Positions 62,199 to 64,000 of a stretch of DNA of 64,000 nucleotides are shown in pieces. Made by a program: the position numbers and the translations under genes. Below the pieces are notes generated by a model, which searched no databases, was not told where the DNA came from, and was given only the letters and a program-made list of their open reading frames with translations. The stretch's first letter is position 1, and every line of letters starts with the position of its first letter. Source of the DNA: an uncultured Bryocella sp. (GTDB lineage: Bacteria > Acidobacteriota > Terriglobia > Terriglobales > Acidobacteriaceae); contig CAXSCE010000021.1 of assembly GCA_964236545.1 (NCBI GenBank), positions 5,121-69,120 on the forward strand, given 5' to 3'.

Positions 62199-63791
62199 TT
62201 AAGTTCGTTCAGGCGCTCGTTCTGGCGTGACAGGGGTCTCGAGGATGTTCTGGGTAAGGATGATTCGTCTAATACTCCGCTTATCGTCGAATGGCACAAC
62301 GTACTCACTGGAATCTCCATTCGCCAAGTCGAAACCAAGATCCGGTTTTTTGCTGGTATTCATCAGATCGACGTAAGTCCCGTAATCGAGAGCATAGATG
62401 TCGTACCGCACACCTGGAGTATCTTTGTCTGCATAGCCACGAGCCACAAGATGTAGAACCCTCAAATCGAAGAGCTGCTGGATGAGGGGATTTGACCGCA
62501 GTTCACGAGGGAGCAAAAATGATCTAGCCTTCCGCGTTCCAATTACTTCGTCTGTGATTCTTCTTAGCACTGAGCGCAATTCGTCGGTCAGGTTTCTTTC
62601 CTTGTCCTGCTCGAACCATTGACGGGCCGCTTCTAACACGGCTTCACGGTCCACCTTGTCCCTGTGCTTACGTTGAGCTATAAAGTAAGCTTTGCTGAAG
62701 ATGTTGATTAGATCACGAGCAACACCCTCTGCTGCCCGTACAAGCTCTTGAAAAACTTTTCTCTCAGTAAACAGTCGACTGGCCAATCTTTTCCCGTCGC
62801 TTATGCCTAATTCGACTAAACGTTCTGCTCCGAGGTCACTGGCTAAATGACGAACGAGTATGTCCGAGAAAGCATCTGTTATTCCTTCGGGATTCCGGTC
62901 GAAAACGTAATAATCGTCGATATCCAAGCTGGCTGAGATATCCGCGCCAATTTCAAAACCGAGGCTGCCGTTTTTCGTGTTGATCCCGAAATCAGAGCGA
63001 TGCTCAAGCGCCGCAATCTTCAGAGCAACATTTGGCAATGGCACGAATGAGCGTTTTATGAATTCGGCTCAATACGGCTGAACATCCAAAGGCAAGGATG
63101 ACCACTCGTCAATCAGCAAGTACAAATTTGCTTCATAGTAGCCGAGTATCTCGCGAAGAGAACCGCTTACAAATGGAAAAATTATCTTATCCGAGTACTC
63201 GAATTTGTAGGTGCGGGCGATTTCCGCTTCTGCAATGTCTTTCGCCGAACCGCCCAACTGGAGAGATGCTGAACTCGCGATCGTTGCACCAGCATTTAGA
63301 GTAGATTCCGAGTTGGTTTTATTTCGCTCAGTAACGCTGTCAAGGCGCTTGACCTCCGCAGGTTCTGTAGCGACCTCGCCAAAATTACTGAGGGCCTCCA
63401 AGGCAGCATCAGCGAAATCACCACCCTCGTTAACTACGAATGCGAGAAGAGAGTTGTAGATCTCCATTAACAGATCACGAAATAATGCTGTACAGCGTAA
63501 GACTATCGACAGGTTAGGATCAGCGAACTGGCTAGAGCTACCGAATGTTCGTGCGTCAACGTAACATACGCAGGTTCGTTTGTTCTTGGCTAACTCAGAC
63601 TCCAAAACTCGCAAAATGTGTGTCTTGCCAGTGCCACGACGCCCAAAGATTATTTGATTGTTAGTGTTTTCAAGTTGCGGAATGATCCCTGGATCTACGA
63701 AAGCCTCTACAAGCTTCTGGGTGTCTGTTTGTTTCTCCGATCGCTGCGGAATTCTTGCTACGGCCTTAGCTAAATCTTTGTCGAGAACCAT
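62199..63791 (-). pseudogene. P-loop ATPase (ORC1/CDC6-like or STAND-related), about 530 aa, interrupted by one in-frame TGA at 63069-63071
   Basis: Walker A IFGRRGTGKT and Walker B LYLLIDEW. The two track ORFs are in the same frame: QPY*AEFIKRSFVPLPNVALKIAA. Markedly AT-richer than the core genes. Confidence 0.8.
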
Positions 63792-63800
63792 AAGCTACTC

Positions 63801-64000
63801 CTACCGTCTGAATCTTTGCATACCGCCCATTTGGCTCATGAGGCGTTGTTGCATTTTTTGCATGCCTCCGCCGGAGCCCATCATTTTCATCATTTTGCTC
63901 ATCTAGGCGTGTTGTTTTAGGAGGTTGTTTACCTCCTGGACGGTGGTGCCGGAGCCAGGTGGCTATGCGTTCGCAATTGGTGATGACCAGTGAGTTCCGG
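63801..64000 (-). pseudogene. ffh: Degenerate 3' end of the signal recognition particle protein gene
   Basis: GSGTTVQEVNNLLKQHA*MSKMMKMMGSGGGMQKMQQRLMSQMGGMQRFRR* is an Ffh M-domain tail with an internal TAG (63903-63905) and a frameshift just upstream (RIAT in another frame). Confidence 0.8.

Overview
GC-rich bacterial chromosomal window. Gene content (TIGR03435-type protein, split atp operon, several TonB-C proteins, GTCATC-type and GGGTGCCC-type REP palindromes) suggests Acidobacteriota; this is an inference. Most of it is housekeeping: an ArgR-boxed arg operon (argR-C-B-D-F-G-H) divergent from gltB; hldD-coaD-aminotransferase-manC-pgm-HAD; ctpA; SurA-like PPIase-yhaM-aroC-def-fmt-rsmB; PASTA-CDF-menG-aroB-terC-tatCB; hfq-hflX-atpF'FHAGDC-nuoI; split metH; and a SAM-I riboswitch-controlled ThrC-like enzyme plus MoaD-like sulfur carrier. 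Two regions stand out. (1) The SAM-riboswitch/ThrC-like/sulfur-carrier unit beside metH looks like a carrier-dependent homocysteine route rather than threonine synthesis. (2) An accessory block at about 59.8-64 kb has a frameshifted REP-associated tyrosine transposase (RAYT) with inverted REPs and a duplicated RAYT 3'-end/REP module. These bracket a SLATT-like 2TM protein and a circularly permuted, serine-less ACP-like protein, followed by a nonsense-split P-loop ATPase and a decayed ffh 3' fragment. No rRNA, tRNA or CRISPR array was seen. All family assignments come from motif recognition by eye; no database searches were run.
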